From contig CM075988.1 in NCBI GenBank assembly GCA_038087875.1, forward strand, positions 24,492,001-24,556,000: DNA of 64,000 bases. Direction: 5' to 3'. The stretch comes from Malacoraja senta. Taxonomy: Eukaryota. The notes beneath the pieces are model-generated. The model saw nothing but the letters and a program-made list of their open reading frames with translations, was not told the DNA's origin and searched no databases. Shown here piece after piece: positions 60,956 to 64,000 of this stretch. Position 1 is the first letter of the stretch. Every line of letters starts with the position of its first letter. The translations under genes were made by a program, and so were the position numbers.

Positions 60956-62104
60956 TCGTACTTGTGTGGGAGGAAACCGAAAATCTATGAGAAAACCCAC
61001 GCGGTCACGGGGAGAACGCACAAACTCGGTACAGAAAGCTCCCGTAGTCGCCAATTCCTTCTCTCCATAGATGCTGCCGCACCCGCTGAGTTTCCACAGC
61101 ATTTTTTGTCGACCTTCGATTTTTCCAGCATCTGCAGTTCTTTCTTAAACAGGATTCAACAACTTGTGCACAGGTCACCGTAAAGAGTAGGGAATATATT
61201 CTGGTGAATTGCAATGTATGGACAGTGCAAGGTGAACTGGCTGGGAAAGGAAAAAACAAAGGTTTTGGCAGCCAGTAGGCTGAGGGCGAGTCAGATGGTG
61301 CTGTAACAACGCAAGGACAATGGGGTCTCAACTGTAAACTGGTGAAGAACATGTGTGGCCATTGCAATGTGATTTGGCCCAAGGTGACGCAGGCATGCTC
61401 CAAATCACACATGGAGCCAGGACTGTAATTGTGCTGTTGATTACATTGGTGCTGTGTCAAATCCAGCTAACTTACAATGATTAAAGGCAGACGGTGGCTC
61501 TTAGAGACAATGTGCAATATAGCCAGAACTAATGGAAGCCAATTCAGATTCATTGCAGCTCGCCAGCGGAGATGCTACGACATGGTGCACCATCCTTCAA
61601 TGATCCAACGATTCAATATATTTTATTGCACATGTACTTGGGTACAGTGAAACGCTTGGTTTTGGATACAGCCCAGTAAAATCACATAGCAGTCTGAAGA
61701 AGATTCCTTGAACTTGAAACCTCATCCGTCCATTTCCTTAAAACTAGAGGTCATATGTTTTAGGAAAAAAGGGGGAAAAATGTAAAGTGTACTGAGACAA
61801 CGTTTTTGAGAGAAGGGCAGTGGGTACATGGAATGAGATGACAGATGAAGATGTAGAGGCATGTATAATTATAATATGTAAAAGACATTTGGACTGGGAT
61901 GTGGAAAGAAAATATTTAGAGGGGTATGCCGAAACAGGCTTGTGGGATAAGGCCCAGTAAACATCTTGGTTGGCACGGACGAGTTGGGCACATTTCCGCA
62001 TTGATTCCATGACTTTATTTATGATATTATTCAAAAAGAATAAAGAAGTTCCCCCCAAGTCCTGGCCAATGCTCATTTTCCAACCTACACCAAACAATGA
62101 GGTT

Positions 62105-62562
62105 TGTTGGAAGGAACCGCAGATGCTGATTTACACCGAAGGTAGGCACAAAATGCTGGAGTAACTCAGGGGACATTTCTGGAGAGAAGGAATGGATGAC
62201 CTTTTGGGTCGAGACCCTTCTTCAGAATGAAAGTCACGGGAAAGGGAAACGAGAGATATAGACGATGATGTAGAGAGATAAAGAACAATGAATGCAAAAG
62301 GAAACAGGCCATTGTTAGCTGTTTGTTGGGTGAAAACGAGAAGCTGGTGACATCAGTCCACTGAAAAGCGGTGGTGTAGAGGGGAAGCCAATATGATGAA
62401 CGATGAATCATCATTGGATGAGCAGAGGATCTCAGAACAAATAGCATCTCTGAAGAGAAGGAATGGGTGACGTTTCGGGTTGACCCAAAACGTCATCCAT
62501 TCTTTTTCTCCAGAGCTGCTGCCTGTCCTGCTGAGTTACACCAGCTTTTTGTGTCTATCTTC
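62105..62562. mobile_element. Penelope pseudo-LTR cluster with inverted pair at about 62440-62562
   Basis: Homology to the other pseudo-LTR units. Confidence 0.7.
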
Positions 62563-62770
62563 CAAACAGTGAGGTTATCTGAAAAATTATCAGTGCTATT
62601 TGCTGGAGGATGCAGTGTATGAATTGGCACTTACATATCCTACATTCTAGTAGGATCTGTACTTCAAAACAAAATGTGCCTCGTTGATTGTAAAGCACCC
62701 TGTGAAGTCCAGAGGTAATGGAAGGCTGTGTGGCAGTAAAGTATTTTATCTTTGAATAAAATTAATTTTA

Positions 62771-63188
62771 GGTTTAGAGATATAGCATGGAAACAGGCCC
62801 TTCAGCCCACTGAGTCCACACCGACCATTCAGCACCATCCATCACCCAGTTCTATATTATCCCATTTTCTCATCCACTTCCGACACACCAGGGGCAACAA
62901 TTAACAATTACAAAGGCCAATTAACTTACAAACCCGCAAATCTCTGGGATGTGGGAGAAAACTGGAGCACCTGAAGAAGACACATGTGGTCACAGGGAGA
63001 ATGATCGTGGATGATCAGCCATGATCACATTGAATAGAAGGGCCAAATGGCCTACTCCTGCACCTATTGTCTATTGCCTAATGAGAACGTGCAAACTCCA
63101 CACAGACAGCACCCACGTTCAGGATCGAACCCGTGTCTCTAGTGCTGTGCTGCAGCAGCTTTGCCAGTTGCGCCACTCTGCTGCACCA
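62771..63188 (-). mobile_element. HE1-type V-SINE with a short CR1 tail inserted at about 63002-63081
   Basis: SINE V domain split at GAGAA. Confidence 0.7.
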
Positions 63189-64000
63189 TCGTTGGAACGG
63201 TTCCAGGCAACCTTAGCCTCAATAACCAAGAGGATCAATAAAATGACCTTGCAGTCTGGGCCAGGCTCAGTCCTAGAACATGGAGACCCATACATGGGTT
63301 GGGTTTGTACATTTGAGATGGATGGTAGGAGGTGCACTTTGGGTCTAGTGGAATGTCCCAAAACCTCTGTTTGGAAATGATGCATCTTGATGTCTATATA
63401 CAGTAAAAGAATGATGGGAAACACTTACAGTTCATGTGAAATAGACTGAAACATAACCATAGAAGCAAACAGAATTGATTTGCAGGGGATCTGATCAATC
63501 CAAGCTTTGGTCGCCTACCTGCCGTGATTTCATCGACTGACTTTGCTTGAAGGTAGGGGGTGAAAGTTGCACGGTTTGCACCAGTAATAAAACTTGTCTC
63601 AAGTGTCTTTCAAAGTTCAACTGAAGGTCATACATGTTTCTGCAAAAGAAAAACAGTCATTAAAGATGCTATCAGACCAAGCAATAGCAAAGTAGCGAAG
63701 AACTGTCAATTTAAATCAGTACTCAAAGGTCATTTAGAAATTTTCTATCGACGGTAAATGAGCAATACACCCAAGAATCTGAATTCTTATTTTATTTCAT
63801 AAACGAAGCCACCTTCAAAATTGGCCTTAATTTGACTGCTAAAATTGCAAAGAGTTTAATGCCGTGCATTGCTATTAGTGTTTAAATAAGACAAGAATTT
63901 ATGATGGGCGAGTGGTATCTCAGAAGGCTATGGAAACCAGCATCTGCAGTTCCTTGTTTCTACATGTATGTCTATCCTATGCGTTTTAAGATGCCCATCA

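Overview
Repeat-dense, apparently non-coding (intronic or intergenic) vertebrate DNA. The repeat complement (HE1-type tRNA-derived V-SINEs with a CR1/HER1-type tail, many CR1 LINE pieces, Penelope-like fragments) points to a cartilaginous fish, probably a skate or ray; this is inference. No host-gene exon could be supported. Recognisable protein remnants are all transposon-derived: an uninterrupted 5'-truncated CR1 reverse transcriptase (17022-18516, minus), degraded CR1, Rex1, L2, Vingi and Penelope pieces, and a decayed Buster/Charlie-type hAT transposase inside a TIR/TSD-bounded element (47089-49312). DNA-transposon MITEs include Harbinger-like families, an element with a 7-bp TSD and an element with an 8-bp TSD. 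The most notable signal is a set of 140-270 bp non-autonomous retroposons in three unrelated sequence families. They end in (GAA)n and four of the five copies have 11-16 bp TSDs. Three copies (families A and B) start with a complete 52-54 nt minimal HDV-like self-cleaving ribozyme fold whose P2 and P3 stems fully covary between families; the other two copies carry a deleted or truncated version. A Vingi/Ingi-type LINE 3' end with the same tail and TSD length lies in the window as a candidate mobiliser. Roughly twenty Penelope-derived minimal hammerhead-like motifs are also present, often as inverted pairs. All folds were read by eye and are untested.
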